Positions 37,847 through 48,161 of a DNA stretch of 64,000 bases are shown piece by piece. Position 1 is the first letter of the stretch. Each line of letters opens with the position of its first letter. The DNA is taken from positions 9,726 to 73,725 of the forward strand of contig JAYZFQ010000084.1 of assembly GCA_036336695.1 (NCBI GenBank). Reading direction: 5' to 3'. A program made the position numbers and the translations under genes. Under the pieces are notes generated by a model. The model did not search any database. It saw only the letters and a program-made list of their open reading frames with translations, and was not told where the DNA came from. The stretch comes from Myxococcota bacterium. GTDB lineage: Bacteria > Myxococcota_A > UBA9160 > SMWR01.

Positions 37847-38641
37847 TCAGCGGATCGGGTTGCCCAGGTTGTAGAGCTTCTCTGCAGCGGAGTAGTCGAC
37901 GCCCGCTTCGCGCTCGCATTCCGGCGGGAATTTCTCGCGTTTGTCCGCGAAATAGTCGGAGCGCCGGTCGCCTTCGGAAGCCCGGTTGTACGTGACGTAG
38001 AGGGCACGTCGGGGAGACCGGCTGGTGTTGCTTGCCGAGCGGTGAGGGAGATAGGAATCGAAGAAGACGACGTCCCCTGGCGAAAGCTCCAGGGCGCGCC
38101 ACGGCAGCGCGTCTTCCAGTCCGGGCTGGAGGGCTCCCCCTGCGTCCTGGGCCAGCGTCTCGTAGAGCGGGACGGGATCCGAAAACTCCAGGCAGCCGTT
38201 CTCGGGGGTCTGCGCGTCCACCGCGATGAGCAGGGTCACGTGAAAGCGCTGCCCGAAACTCTTGAAGGCCGGCGCATCCTGGTGCGCCTGGAAGCCGCCG
38301 CCCCCCGGCAGTTTGTAGTTGATCTTCTCCTTGAAGAGGCAAGCAGGCTCTCCCATCAGCTGTTCGAGGATGGCCATCACGCCGTCGCCGACGATCAGTT
38401 CTCGGAGCCCCGGGTGGTAGGGCACGAAGTTCTCGACGCGGCAGAGCTGGCGGGCGCCGGATTCGCTTCCCTGTTCGAAATATTTCATCCACCGGCCCGG
38501 GGTTTCGGGCCAGGCCTGGAGTTCGTCGGTCCATTGGGTCAGGTGGGCTAGCTGCTCCGCGTCGAAGGGGCAGGGCAGGTGGAGCCGGCGGTCGCGCTCC
38601 CATGCATTCTGTTCGGCGCCGCTCAGGTCCCGTGTCAGCAC
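37847..38641 (-). CDS. phnY: Fe(II)/2-oxoglutarate dioxygenase, PhyH family, PhnY-like
   Basis: LCRVENF, LFKEKINYKLPGGGGFQAHQD (HxD), ENGCL, PGDVVFFDSYLPHRS..N.S..PRR; overlaps the phnZ-like stop. Confidence 0.75.
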   Translation of the reverse strand: MLTRDLSGAEQNAWERDRRLHLPCPFDAEQLAHLTQWTDELQAWPETPGRWMKYFEQGSESGARQLCRVENFVPYHPGLRELIVGDGVMAILEQLMGEPACLFKEKINYKLPGGGGFQAHQDAPAFKSFGQRFHVTLLIAVDAQTPENGCLEFSDPVPLYETLAQDAGGALQPGLEDALPWRALELSPGDVVFFDSYLPHRSASNTSRSPRRALYVTYNRASEGDRRSDYFADKREKFPPECEREAGVDYSAAEKLYNLGNPIR

Positions 38642-39234
38642 GTGCCGTGCCTCGTGCGATTGGCTTCGATATGGGCCTCGAGACTTGCGCGGTAGCTCTC
38701 GAGGCCCGGAGGGTTGGCACCGGGGTCCTTGGCCTGCTCGTCCCAGGATCGCAATGCCAGGATCCAGCGGAGGTTCGGCAGGGTCGAGAAGCGGCGCGCC
38801 TCGGCTGTGCTCATCGGGCCGCCCTGGAAGGCCAGGGTTCGCTCGGAAGCGGCCGAGAGCCTCGACCGGTAGGCGGCGTCTCGGAAGCACAGGTAGCGCT
38901 TCGCGGCTACGTGGCTTTCGACGAGGTGGGCGACCTCGGCCGAGCAGCCCGTTTCCAAGAGCAGGTGCGCCCCGATGACCTCGTGGTCGACCACGCCCAA
39001 ACCGTCCATGTCGGGGCGCCCCGCGGCCCGGAGGTGGCCCACGTCGTGGAAGAGCGCCGCAAGTACCGCTGCTGTGGGGGCGCGGGCGTGCGTGGCGGCT
39101 GCGGCGCACTGCAGCGCGTGCTGGAGCTGGGAGACCGGTTCCCCGATGTAGTCCTGTTCCGCGGAGTCTCGGAGCCAGCCGAGCAGCGATTCGGCTCGTT
39201 TTGCCGCTGTACTGGAACGAGTGCCTCCTGTCAT
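38635..39234 (-). CDS. phnZ: HD-domain mixed-valent diiron oxygenase, PhnZ-like
   Basis: YIGEPVSQLQHALQCA, ALFHDVGH, HEVIGA, HVAAKRYL, LSAASERTL..QGGPM, LRSWDEQAK. Confidence 0.82.
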   Translation of the reverse strand: MTGGTRSSTAAKRAESLLGWLRDSAEQDYIGEPVSQLQHALQCAAAATHARAPTAAVLAALFHDVGHLRAAGRPDMDGLGVVDHEVIGAHLLLETGCSAEVAHLVESHVAAKRYLCFRDAAYRSRLSAASERTLAFQGGPMSTAEARRFSTLPNLRWILALRSWDEQAKDPGANPPGLESYRASLEAHIEANRTRHGTC

Positions 39235-39391
39235 CAAAGCGAGGGTAACGCGTCGCGCTCCAGGACACTTTGCCGTGCGCCGGCCCATTCCGACAAACGG
39301 GGCGGAGGCATGCAATCTTGCAGGCGGCCGCTTTGATTCCAGGGATCCCAGCTGGAATACTGGAAGTTTCGCAACTCTGGAGAGGGTCCGG

Positions 39392-40789
39392 TTGTCGGTT
39401 TTTCAGCGCGTGTCCGCGAAGCTCCAAAAAGCCGCGTCGGTTTGCCCGGATTCCTGCCCCCCGCGCTGGGGTGCGGTGGCGAGTTCCTGGTGGGCGCTTG
39501 CGTTGGCCGTCGCGGTCTTCGGTTGTAGCGACTCGCCCCAGCAGGTTTCTGCGCCCGATGTTTCGCGATTCCGCGGTGTCGTGTTGCTGTGCCTGGACAC
39601 GCTCCGTGCGGATCACCTTGGTGCCTACGGGTACCCGCGGGAGACGAGCCCGGCGATCGACGCACTTGCGGCGGAGAGCGTCGTGTTCGAACGCGCGATT
39701 GCCCAGGCGGCGTCCACGCTTCCCTCGCACCGCGCTCTCTTTCAATCGCGCCATGTGTCCCAGGAGACCGGCGAAGCGCCAGTTCTCGCGGAGGTCTTGC
39801 GGGAACATGGTTTCCGTACGGCCGCCTTTACCGGCGGTGGCTATGTCGCCGCGACCTTCGGCTTCGATCGCGGCTTCGAGCGCTACGAAGAAGACGAGCA
39901 GGGGCTCGGGGCGGCCCTGCCGCGTCTGGAAGCCTGGCTCGAGGAAATCGGCGACGCGCCGTTCTTCATCTTCCTCCACACCTACGAAGTCCATCTCCCG
40001 TACGACCCCCCGGCTCCCTTCGATTCGATGTTCGGTTCCGAATATTCAGGTCGCGTGGAGGGTTCGGAAACGCGTTCCCTCTTGCGCCGTCACAAGGGTC
40101 TGGATGGGGCCGCTGAGGACCCGCCGGAACCGCTTGCACCCGCGGACGTCGAACGCATCGTCGCGCTCTACGATGGCGGGATCCGCTACGTGGACGGCTG
40201 GGTGGGCGAACTCATGGAGCGGCTCGGTCGTCTCGGACTGTCGGATGAGACCCTCGTGGTGCTCTTCTCCGACCACGGCGAAGAGTTCGGAGACCACGGG
40301 TCGTGGCTCCACTCCACCACGGTCTACGAAGAAGTCGTGCGCGTTCCGTTGATCTGGCACGAGCCGGGTGCCACCCCCGGTCGGGTCGAGACCCAGGTTC
40401 GTCTGGCCGACGTTTCGCCCACACTCCTGGATGTCTTTGGAATCCCGATCCCGGAGAGCTTCCGCGGTCGGAGTCTGTTGCCGCTCATTGCAGGCGCGGA
40501 AGAGCCGCATCGCCCGGCGATGAGCCATGCGCGCCGCGCAAAGTCATTTACGCAATGGCCGTGGAAGCTCATTGTCGATGGCAGCCGGATTCGCCTTTTC
40601 GATCTCGGTTCGGACCCCGGGGAACGCCTGGACCTGTCCGCCCGGGAGCCGGGGCGTACCGATGAGATGGCGGCGTCGATGGTCGGCTTCGCGGAATCGG
40701 GCGAGGGCACAGGGACTTCGGCGACCGGGGGGGAGGCGATCGACCCGGAGCTTTCCGAGCGCCTGCGCAGCCTCGGTTACCTGGAGTAA
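39392..40789 (+). CDS. Sulfatase-like (alkaline phosphatase superfamily) lipoprotein with atypical TxPSH motif
   Basis: LDTLRADHLGAYGY, STLPSH, HTYEVHLPY, YDGGI, SDHGEEFG, LFDL..DPGE, LRSLGY; lipobox VFGC; start uncertain. Confidence 0.85.
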   Translation: MSVFQRVSAKLQKAASVCPDSCPPRWGAVASSWWALALAVAVFGCSDSPQQVSAPDVSRFRGVVLLCLDTLRADHLGAYGYPRETSPAIDALAAESVVFERAIAQAASTLPSHRALFQSRHVSQETGEAPVLAEVLREHGFRTAAFTGGGYVAATFGFDRGFERYEEDEQGLGAALPRLEAWLEEIGDAPFFIFLHTYEVHLPYDPPAPFDSMFGSEYSGRVEGSETRSLLRRHKGLDGAAEDPPEPLAPADVERIVALYDGGIRYVDGWVGELMERLGRLGLSDETLVVLFSDHGEEFGDHGSWLHSTTVYEEVVRVPLIWHEPGATPGRVETQVRLADVSPTLLDVFGIPIPESFRGRSLLPLIAGAEEPHRPAMSHARRAKSFTQWPWKLIVDGSRIRLFDLGSDPGERLDLSAREPGRTDEMAASMVGFAESGEGTGTSATGGEAIDPELSERLRSLGYLE

Positions 40790-40800
40790 CGCGCCGCGGC

Positions 40801-41565
40801 TCAGTCGAGATGCGTCTGCAACGCCGCCAACACCACCTCGGGACCCGAACGGCGTTGGTAGTTCGCGGAGACGTCCATCCACAACACCTTGCCGTCGGCG
40901 TCCACGAGCAGCGAGGTCGGGATGGGCAACGCTTCGATCTCATCCCTGGGGTCACCGGAGTGGGCTCCCTGGTTTCGCAACCCGAACGCGTCCGTCACCC
41001 CGAGGGCTCGGTCGGAGAGCATGGTTGCTTGCAGTCCGTGAGCGCGGCGGCCCTTGCGGATTTCTTCGGGGTGGTCGGTGCTGACGGTGACTACCTGGAT
41101 GCCGCGCTTGTCGAACTCGTCTCGAAGCTCTTCCCATCGCCGTAACTCGGCGACACAGTACGGTCACCAGTGGGCGCGAAAGAACTTGATGAGGACCGGG
41201 TTTCCGCGCAGGCGCGCGGAGTCGAAGGCCTGGCCGCGATCGTCCAGCGCGCTGAAGCTGGGCATCGTATCGCCGACCCGGATGGCGTTCGGGGGCAGGA
41301 TCTGTTCGCTGATGCTCACGGTAAAGGGAAGGAACAGCCCGATGACGATCGCCGGTACGGCGGCGATGCGGCCCAACCATCCGGCCTTCTTGACGAACGC
41401 GGCAATGGCGAGTGCAGCGGCGCTGAGCCAGACCGCGATGAAGAGCGTACGATTTTCCGGGAGGGCTACGTTCCTCGCCAGGTTGAACCAGACCATGGTG
41501 CAGCCAACGGCCAGGGCGAGCGCGATGAGACCGAGCTGGGTTCCCCGGTTCTGCAAGGCCTTCAT
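40801..41565 (-). CDS. Membrane-anchored AhpC/TSA peroxiredoxin-like selenoprotein (Sec at TGA 41164-41166, UxxC)
   Basis: AGGAGA RBS; 3 N-terminal TM helices; VGDTMPSF...PVLIKFFRAHW-TGA-PYCVAELRRW...VVTVSTD...LSD...PIPTSLLVDADGKVLW. The frame is continuous across the TGA. Confidence 0.88.
41137..41153 (-). promoter_or_regulatory. Bacterial SECIS-like hairpin
   Basis: On the mRNA: UGA + 10 nt + UCGCCG-AGUUA-CGGCGA. Confidence 0.7.
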
Positions 41566-41701
41566 CGCCAATCTCCTCGCCCGGTCTGGTGCGGTCGCCG
41601 GTCTCGGGTCGAAATCGACGCTCCCGAAGGCGTGAGAGTAGTGGCCTTGCAGGCGAAGGCAACTCGTTCCGAAGGCACGAGGCGACTCGTCTTGCGCGGC
41701 A

Positions 41702-44065
41702 TCATGCATCCCCCGCTTGGCCGGCGGCGCGCAGCGCTTCCACGGTGGCGCCCAGGGTCAGGAGTTCGGGCAGGAGTTGAGGTGGCTTGGTGGGGTCCGC
41801 GGGGTAGACGAGGTACATCGGCACGCCTGCGCGGCCCCATTGGGCAAGCGCCTGGGTAATCCCGTCGTCGCGCAGCGTCCAGTCGGCCTTGAAGGTCGCG
41901 AACTCCCAGCGCGCGAGTTCTTCCTGGACCGCTGCGTTGGAAAGCACCACGGCTTCGTTGACCTTGCACGTGATGCACCAGTCGGCGGTGAAGTCGACGA
42001 AGACCGGTCGCCCCGCGGCACGCTCGCGATCGATCGCCAACGGGTCGAAGGCGAGCCAGTTGATTCCGCCTGGAGAGGATGCGGCGTCGTCAGACCGTTC
42101 ACGCGGCGCCGGTGCGAGGGGTAATGCGGTGAGCGACCCGACCGCGAGCGCCACGATGACTGCGGCGATGGCGCGTGCCGCCATGGGGCGCGCGGTGGCC
42201 TGGACGGCGCCGAAGACCCAGAGGAGGAATGCGATGGCGATGAGATGCGCGAGCAATAACGCCTGGGCGTCCACACCGATGGCGCGTCCTGCTACCCAGG
42301 CCAGCCACACCACCGTGGCCAGCAGCGAGAACCCCAGCACCTGGCGGACGCGCAGCATCCAGGCGCCGGGGCGCGGAACCAGGCGCGCCCAGCCAGGCAC
42401 GAGCGTCACGAGCACGTAGGGCGCGGCCAGTCCAACGCCAATCGCGGTGAACACGGCGAAGATCACCGTCCCCGAGCTCGCGAAGGCGAAGCCGACGGCT
42501 GTGCCGAGGAAGGGCGCGGTGCAGGGCGTTGCGAGGGCGACCGCGAGGCTCCCTTCGAAGAAGCTGCGTGCGGGGGAGGTGGGGCCGGTGTTGGGGCCGA
42601 GGTTGGGGCCGGAAGGTTGCAGCGTGATCTCGAAGGCACCGAAGAGGTTCATCGCGAAGACGACGAGGAGCGTGCAGATCACCGCGAGGAACCCTGGGTC
42701 CTGAAGCTGAAAGCCCCAGCCCACCGCGGTGCCGGCTGCGCGGAGGGCGACCACGACCGAGGCGAGCGCGGCCATCGATGCCAGCACGCCTGCCAGGTAG
42801 GCCACGCCGTGTTGCACGACGTGGCTGCGGTCGGCGCGAGCCAGGTCGGCAATTCCAAAAACCTTGATGGCGAGCACGGGCAGCACGCACGGCATCAGGT
42901 TGAGGATCAGGCCGCCGATCAGTCCAAGCACGAGCGCCCAAGCGAGCGAAGGCGGGCCGAGGCCGCCGGGCGTCTCGGCGCCGATGCTGTGCTCGGCGCC
43001 CGCGGGCTGCGAGGGCAGGGCGACCACCACTTCGAACGCAGCGGGGTCGGCGGTCTCCGCATGGGTGATCGGAACGTCTACGGCGAGGTGGGTGTTGCCG
43101 CTGGGTCCGGAAATCGGCACGACACCGCGCAGGCGTTGGCGGTCCACGTGGGGTTCATTCTCGAAGGCGTGCGCGTTGAGGGCGAGGGAAAAGCCGCGCG
43201 TATTCTCGGCCTGTGCGGCGGGTGGGCGCGCGAGGCCGAGTGCCGAGAAGCCCAGGTTTGCTTCTTCCAGGGGGAAGAACGCCCCTTCGGCGTTGCTGGC
43301 ATCGAGGGTCCACGGACGGCACTCGGCGCCGGAATCGGCCGCGGAATCGACGCACGACAGGACCTCGAGGACGAGTGGGACGTCGTCTCCCATATCCGCC
43401 GCCGCCCGTGAGGCCCGTGCGTTGACGGCGACGCCGAGCGATTCGGGTGTCCGTGGCAGGCGCGACGCGGCTCGTTCGAAGCGGGCACGGATCTCGGGGG
43501 GCGGCGGTGTCGTCCGAACGCTGAGCGGCACCTCTTTCGCGAGTTGGATTTTCCCAGGAACGCATTCGACCCGGCACGCAACGAAGCCCGTGTCCACTTC
43601 GAGGCGCCACGTTCCCTGTGTGTCTTGGGATACGAGGGCGTCGCTTGCGAGCAAGACGTCGTTCTCGTAGCCGAAAGTCGTCAGCAGGCCGTCTGCCTCC
43701 TGAAAGACCCTGGGTGCCGGCCACTGGGTCGGTTCGATGGCCGCGTCTGTAGCGCGCCAGACGAACTTGGGGGGGGAGCCTGCATCGCCTGGGTTGCGCC
43801 AATAGAGATGCCAGCCCGGGTCGAGGTCGAAGAGCACACCGACCCGCACGCGATCGCCGGGCGCGACGGAAGCCGCATCAACGAGGAGTTCGGCCGCGAC
43901 CCGGGCGTCGCCCGAGCCGAGGGCGGCCTCTCCGCGGGGGCCGGGGTCGGCGGCCGAGGCACTCGCAGCGAGCCAGGGCAGGAGCGCGACGCCGATCAGC
44001 GCCAACTGCGCGAGGCTGCCGCGAATCGCCGGTTTCGCCGACCGTTTGAGCGCTCGATCGTTCAT
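41702..44065 (-). CDS. dsbD: DsbD-like thiol:disulfide interchange protein (N-terminal, TM and thioredoxin domains)
   Basis: GWHLYWRNPGDAG, ACRVECVP, LNLMPCVLPVL, ATPCTAPFLG, VDFTADWCITCKVNE, GRAGVPMY. Confidence 0.9.
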   Translation of the reverse strand: MNDRALKRSAKPAIRGSLAQLALIGVALLPWLAASASAADPGPRGEAALGSGDARVAAELLVDAASVAPGDRVRVGVLFDLDPGWHLYWRNPGDAGSPPKFVWRATDAAIEPTQWPAPRVFQEADGLLTTFGYENDVLLASDALVSQDTQGTWRLEVDTGFVACRVECVPGKIQLAKEVPLSVRTTPPPPEIRARFERAASRLPRTPESLGVAVNARASRAAADMGDDVPLVLEVLSCVDSAADSGAECRPWTLDASNAEGAFFPLEEANLGFSALGLARPPAAQAENTRGFSLALNAHAFENEPHVDRQRLRGVVPISGPSGNTHLAVDVPITHAETADPAAFEVVVALPSQPAGAEHSIGAETPGGLGPPSLAWALVLGLIGGLILNLMPCVLPVLAIKVFGIADLARADRSHVVQHGVAYLAGVLASMAALASVVVALRAAGTAVGWGFQLQDPGFLAVICTLLVVFAMNLFGAFEITLQPSGPNLGPNTGPTSPARSFFEGSLAVALATPCTAPFLGTAVGFAFASSGTVIFAVFTAIGVGLAAPYVLVTLVPGWARLVPRPGAWMLRVRQVLGFSLLATVVWLAWVAGRAIGVDAQALLLAHLIAIAFLLWVFGAVQATARPMAARAIAAVIVALAVGSLTALPLAPAPRERSDDAASSPGGINWLAFDPLAIDRERAAGRPVFVDFTADWCITCKVNEAVVLSNAAVQEELARWEFATFKADWTLRDDGITQALAQWGRAGVPMYLVYPADPTKPPQLLPELLTLGATVEALRAAGQAGDA

Positions 44066-44120
44066 GGCCCGAGACCTCTCGTGACTCGCGCGGGAAACCG
44101 GCCCTGCATCCGCGGGAGCC

Positions 44121-44176
44121 TTGACATTACCGACTGAGAGTGGAACTCTCAAGATTGATTGAGAGTACTGCTCTCA
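44121..44176. promoter_or_regulatory. TTGACA -35 box plus two TGAGAG-N5-CTCTCA palindromic operators
   Basis: TTGACA 44121-44126; palindromes at 44135-44151 and 44160-44176, between divergent dsbD and tetR. Confidence 0.75.
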
Positions 44177-44191
44177 CACGGGAGCTTCAAG

Positions 44192-44806
44192 ATGTCCGGA
44201 GCGGCAGACCGCGTCCCCGCTGGGCTTCCCGGCACGCCTGCGGCCCACCGGCGGCGCATCCGCGCGCTCGACGCCTTCATCGACCTGGTGCTCGAGGGAA
44301 ACCTTCCGCCGACCCCGAAGCAGGTGGCGGACCGCGCGGACATCTCCGTGGCCACGTTCTTTCGCTACTTCGAGAACCTCAACGCCCTGCGACACGATGC
44401 GGCTTCCCGCATGCTCGAGCGTTTTCCACTCCTGGAGGTCGAAGCGATCGGCGAAGGTCCTTTGCTTGCGCGCATCGAGCGTTTCGTTGCGCTCCGCGTG
44501 GCGCTCTGGGAGAAGGTGCATCTCCTGGCGCGGCTTCAGCGCACCGTCATGCTTCAGGATCCGGATGCAGCCCAGATGGTCGACTACGTCCGGGGTGTCA
44601 TGGCCAACCAGGTGCGGGTGCACTTCGCACCCGAACTGACGGAGTTCACCCCGGCCCAGCAGGATGACACGGTCGCGGTGATCGCGTCGCTGACCTCGGT
44701 CGAGTCGTGGGAACAATTCCGCCACGCCTCCCGCCGCAGTCCCCTGCAGATACGCCGCGCGTGGTCCGATGCGATCGGCGCCGTGCTGCGTCGAGGCAAC
44801 GACTGA
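44192..44806 (+). CDS. TetR/AcrR family transcriptional regulator
   Basis: PTPKQVADRADISVATFFRYFENL helix-turn-helix. Confidence 0.9.
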   Translation: MSGAADRVPAGLPGTPAAHRRRIRALDAFIDLVLEGNLPPTPKQVADRADISVATFFRYFENLNALRHDAASRMLERFPLLEVEAIGEGPLLARIERFVALRVALWEKVHLLARLQRTVMLQDPDAAQMVDYVRGVMANQVRVHFAPELTEFTPAQQDDTVAVIASLTSVESWEQFRHASRRSPLQIRRAWSDAIGAVLRRGND

Positions 44807-44893
44807 TGGGGAAAGGCCCGCGGCGGGTGAGGGCGTGATGTCCGGAGCGCTTCGGGATGCCGCTTTGCAAACCCGGAAGCGTGGAGAGTGTGC

Positions 44894-45340
44894 ATGATCA
44901 AGATTCGAGTCGAGTATCTGATCGACAAGGGCCCCGAGGAGGTCTTCGACGCCATCACAGACCACGAGCACTACGACCGCTACCCCGGCTTCGACACCTC
45001 GGTCCTCCTCGAGCCGGGCAAGACGGAAAAGAATGGCGAAGGCGCACTCCGGCTCCTCGCCAACGGAAGAGTTCGGTTCAAAGAGCGCATCACCTGCTAC
45101 GAACGCCCGCGGAAGCTGAGTTACCACTGTGAAGAGGTGAAGCCCATCTCCATGCACCACGAGCGCGGCGACATCATCCTGGAGCCGGTCGGCGGCAAGA
45201 CCAAGGTGACCTGGATCTCCGAGGGGCGACTGGGGGTTCCCGTCGTCGGCTTTCTCTTCGGGAAGTTGATCGCACGTCGCGCCTCGCGGGTATTCCTGGC
45301 TGTTCTCAAGCACATCGACGCAAATCCGGCGCGGGCGTAG
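44894..45340 (+). CDS. SRPBCC (START/polyketide cyclase-like) family protein
   Basis: [39 protein letters not shown]. Confidence 0.85.
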   Translation: MIKIRVEYLIDKGPEEVFDAITDHEHYDRYPGFDTSVLLEPGKTEKNGEGALRLLANGRVRFKERITCYERPRKLSYHCEEVKPISMHHERGDIILEPVGGKTKVTWISEGRLGVPVVGFLFGKLIARRASRVFLAVLKHIDANPARA

Positions 45341-45407
45341 CGTCAAGCGAAGAGGAGCAAGCTGGACTTCGTCGACGCCCCCGAAACTACGAGCGGAAAG
45401 GTCTTTC

Positions 45408-47237
45408 ATGAGTGACGAAACACGTACGCCGGGCGCCGGTGCAAACCCGGACCCCGCCCTTGATTTCGATCCGGAGGCGCTGCGGCGCAAATACCGGGAA
45501 GAGCGCGAGAAGCGTCTTCGCCAGGATGGGAACGAGCAGTATGTCGAGGCAACCGGAGAGTTCCATCATTTTCTGGACGATCCGTACGTGGAGTCCGGCC
45601 CTGCGCGAGAGCCTCTCTTGGACCGGGTCGAGGTGCTCGTGATCGGGGGCGGTCTCGGCGGGCTCCTCGCAGCGGCTCGACTCCAGGAGGCGGGCATCGA
45701 GGACTTTCGACTCGTCGAAAAGGGCGGAGACTTCGGCGGGACCTGGTATTGGAATCGCTACCCCGGTGCCATGTGCGATATCGAGTCCTATATCTATCTC
45801 CCGCTCCTGGAAGAAACCGGTTACGTCCCGAAGGAAAAGTACGCGCGGGCGCCGGAGATTCTCGAGCATTGCCGGGCCATCGGAAGGAAATACGATCTCT
45901 ATCCGCGGACGTGTTTCCAGACCGAGGTGACGGAAATGCGCTGGGACGAAGAGAGTGCCCACTGGGTGGTCGCCACGAACCGTGGTGACCGGATTCGCGC
46001 CCATTTCGTGTGCATGGCGAACGGGCCGCTGCACCGTCCGAAGCTCCCGGGGATCCCGGGAATCGAGACCTTCGAGGGGCACGCCTTCCACACCAGTCGC
46101 TGGGACTATGGCTACACCGGGGGAGATCCGGAAGGAAACCTCACGGGGTTGGCCGATAAGCGGGTCGGAATCATCGGTACCGGGGCCACGGCGATCCAGT
46201 GCGTGCCTCACCTCGGAGAGGCGGCCAGGGAACTCTACGTCTTCCAGCGCACGCCTTCGTCCGTCGATGCACGGAAGAACCGGAAGACCGATCCGGAATG
46301 GGCAAACCGCCTCGAGCCCGGATGGCACCAGCGTCGCATGGACAACTTCAACATTCTCGTATCCGGCGGCTTCCAGGCCGAGGATCTCGTCAACGACGGC
46401 TGGACGGACATCATTCGGAACCTGCTCTTCCTCGTGCAGCAGGACGAAAAAATCGACCTGTCCGAGGAGGCGCTGATGAAAAAGATGGAACTTGCCGACT
46501 TCCAGAAGATGGAGGAGATCCGTGCGCGGGTGGAGAGCAGCGTCGCCGATCCTCAGACGGCGGAAGCGCTCAAGCCCTACTACCGCCAGTTCTGCAAGCG
46601 GCCTTGTTTTCACGACGAATACCTGCAGACCTACAACCGCCCCAGCGTCAACCTGGTCGATACGCGGGGGAAGGGGGTGGAACGCATCACGCCGAAGGGC
46701 GTCGTGGCGAATGGGGTCGAATACCCGCTGGATTGCCTCATCTACAGCACGGGTTTCGAGGTCGGGACGGATTACTCGCGACGCTGCGGCTACGAGATCG
46801 TAGGAAGGGACGGGCTGCGTCTCAGCGACAAGTGGGCCGACGGCGTTTCCACGCTCCACGGCATCCATTCCCGGGGGATGCCCAACTGTTTCATCATGGG
46901 CACGGCGCAGACCGGGTTCGCGGCCAACTTTCCGCACCTGCTCAGCGAGTTGAGCACGCATATCGCGTACGTCATCCGACAGGGGATCGACCGGGGGGTG
47001 CAAGAGGTCGAAGCGTCGGCGGAAGCCGAGGCGGCATGGGTGGAGACCATCATCCAGCTTGCCGGACGCGGTGCCCAGTTTCTCGAAGAATGCACGCCGG
47101 GCTACTACAACAACGAGGGCAAGCCGGGCGAGAGGCGCGGGCAGGACGGTTTCTACGGCGGCGGATCGCCCGAGTACTTCAAGCTCCTCCACGACTGGCG
47201 CGAGACCGGCGAACTCCCGGGGCTCGAGCTTCGCTGA
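45408..47237 (+). CDS. Baeyer-Villiger monooxygenase
   Basis: [62 protein letters not shown]. Confidence 0.95.
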   Translation: MSDETRTPGAGANPDPALDFDPEALRRKYREEREKRLRQDGNEQYVEATGEFHHFLDDPYVESGPAREPLLDRVEVLVIGGGLGGLLAAARLQEAGIEDFRLVEKGGDFGGTWYWNRYPGAMCDIESYIYLPLLEETGYVPKEKYARAPEILEHCRAIGRKYDLYPRTCFQTEVTEMRWDEESAHWVVATNRGDRIRAHFVCMANGPLHRPKLPGIPGIETFEGHAFHTSRWDYGYTGGDPEGNLTGLADKRVGIIGTGATAIQCVPHLGEAARELYVFQRTPSSVDARKNRKTDPEWANRLEPGWHQRRMDNFNILVSGGFQAEDLVNDGWTDIIRNLLFLVQQDEKIDLSEEALMKKMELADFQKMEEIRARVESSVADPQTAEALKPYYRQFCKRPCFHDEYLQTYNRPSVNLVDTRGKGVERITPKGVVANGVEYPLDCLIYSTGFEVGTDYSRRCGYEIVGRDGLRLSDKWADGVSTLHGIHSRGMPNCFIMGTAQTGFAANFPHLLSELSTHIAYVIRQGIDRGVQEVEASAEAEAAWVETIIQLAGRGAQFLEECTPGYYNNEGKPGERRGQDGFYGGGSPEYFKLLHDWRETGELPGLELR

Positions 47238-47281
47238 CCCGTGCCGCGGGACACGGCTGCTGTCGGGGCCCTCGTCGTGGA

Positions 47282-48103
47282 TCAGCCGAAGGAGCGCCAG
47301 AGCATGTCGGCACTGATGCCGAGGAGGAAGATGCCGAAGATGATCCGGAGTCGCGTTTCGCTGAGGCGGTTTGCCAGCTTCACACCGCGGGGCGCTGAAA
47401 TGAGGATCGCCGGGAGCATCACGAGGAAGGCGAGGCCGTCGACGTAGCCCAGGGACCAGGCAGGTCTTCCCGCGGCCCCGATGCCGTTGATGATCGCCCC
47501 GATCGTTCCCACCGTGGCGATCGCGCACGACCCGGCGGCTGCTACGGCCACGGCGCGATGAATCGAGACGCCACACAAGGTGAGGGCGGGTGTCGTGAAG
47601 GTCCCGCCCGTGATCCCGATCATGGTGGAAATGCACCCGATGGCGGCCGAGATCAGGTCGCGAATGGGGTGTCCGGGCACCTTCTGGGCGATTTTCACGT
47701 GCTTGGGAAGGGCGAGCATCTCGATCGCGATGGCCAGGGATGCAAAGGCGAAGACTGTGGCGAGGGTCGTGCCCGGTACAACGCGCGCGATGAAGATGCC
47801 GCCGATCACACCGACCACCAGCGCGGGAATCCACGAGCGCAGGAAGGCCACATCCAGGTTTCCCGCACGGTGTTGCATCATCGCGCTGCGCAGGCCGGTG
47901 GGAATTGCGAGCGCAAGCGAGGTGCCGGCGGCAACGTGCATGACCTGAGTGGGGTCGACGCCGAAGATGGGAAACATGAAGAGAAAGATCGGAACGCGGA
48001 GGATTCCGCCGCCTACGCCGAACAGGCCCCCGACGAATCCCGAGCCGAGCCCGGCCAACAAGAGTGAAAGCACATAGAGAACGGTCGGGTTGATGTCCGG
48101 CAT
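47282..48103 (-). CDS. TauE/SafE family sulfite exporter
   Basis: GLFGVGGG, AAGTSLA, IGITGG, SLGYVD. Confidence 0.88.
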   Translation of the reverse strand: MPDINPTVLYVLSLLLAGLGSGFVGGLFGVGGGILRVPIFLFMFPIFGVDPTQVMHVAAGTSLALAIPTGLRSAMMQHRAGNLDVAFLRSWIPALVVGVIGGIFIARVVPGTTLATVFAFASLAIAIEMLALPKHVKIAQKVPGHPIRDLISAAIGCISTMIGITGGTFTTPALTLCGVSIHRAVAVAAAGSCAIATVGTIGAIINGIGAAGRPAWSLGYVDGLAFLVMLPAILISAPRGVKLANRLSETRLRIIFGIFLLGISADMLWRSFG

Positions 48104-48161
48104 GGTATGCAGATTCCCCCGGGCGAGTTCCTGGAGTGCGTTTCGGAACTCGTAGCGGGCG

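Noticed and set aside
37847-39994. 715-aa ORF suggesting a PhnZ-PhnY fusion
   Set aside because: The two domains are in different frames with a normal stop/start overlap at 38635-38641; the long ORF is an upstream extension of the phnY frame.
11834-41166. Global UGA reassignment (code 4/25) suggested by three in-frame TGAs
   Set aside because: Many intact genes end correctly at TGA, including ATGA/GTGA overlaps at 8173, 8532 and 26565. Only 41164 has a Cys-equivalent context.
43769-43776. G8 homopolymer within dsbD as a phase-variation tract
   Set aside because: It encodes an ordinary Ser-Pro-Pro in GC-rich DNA and the frame is intact.
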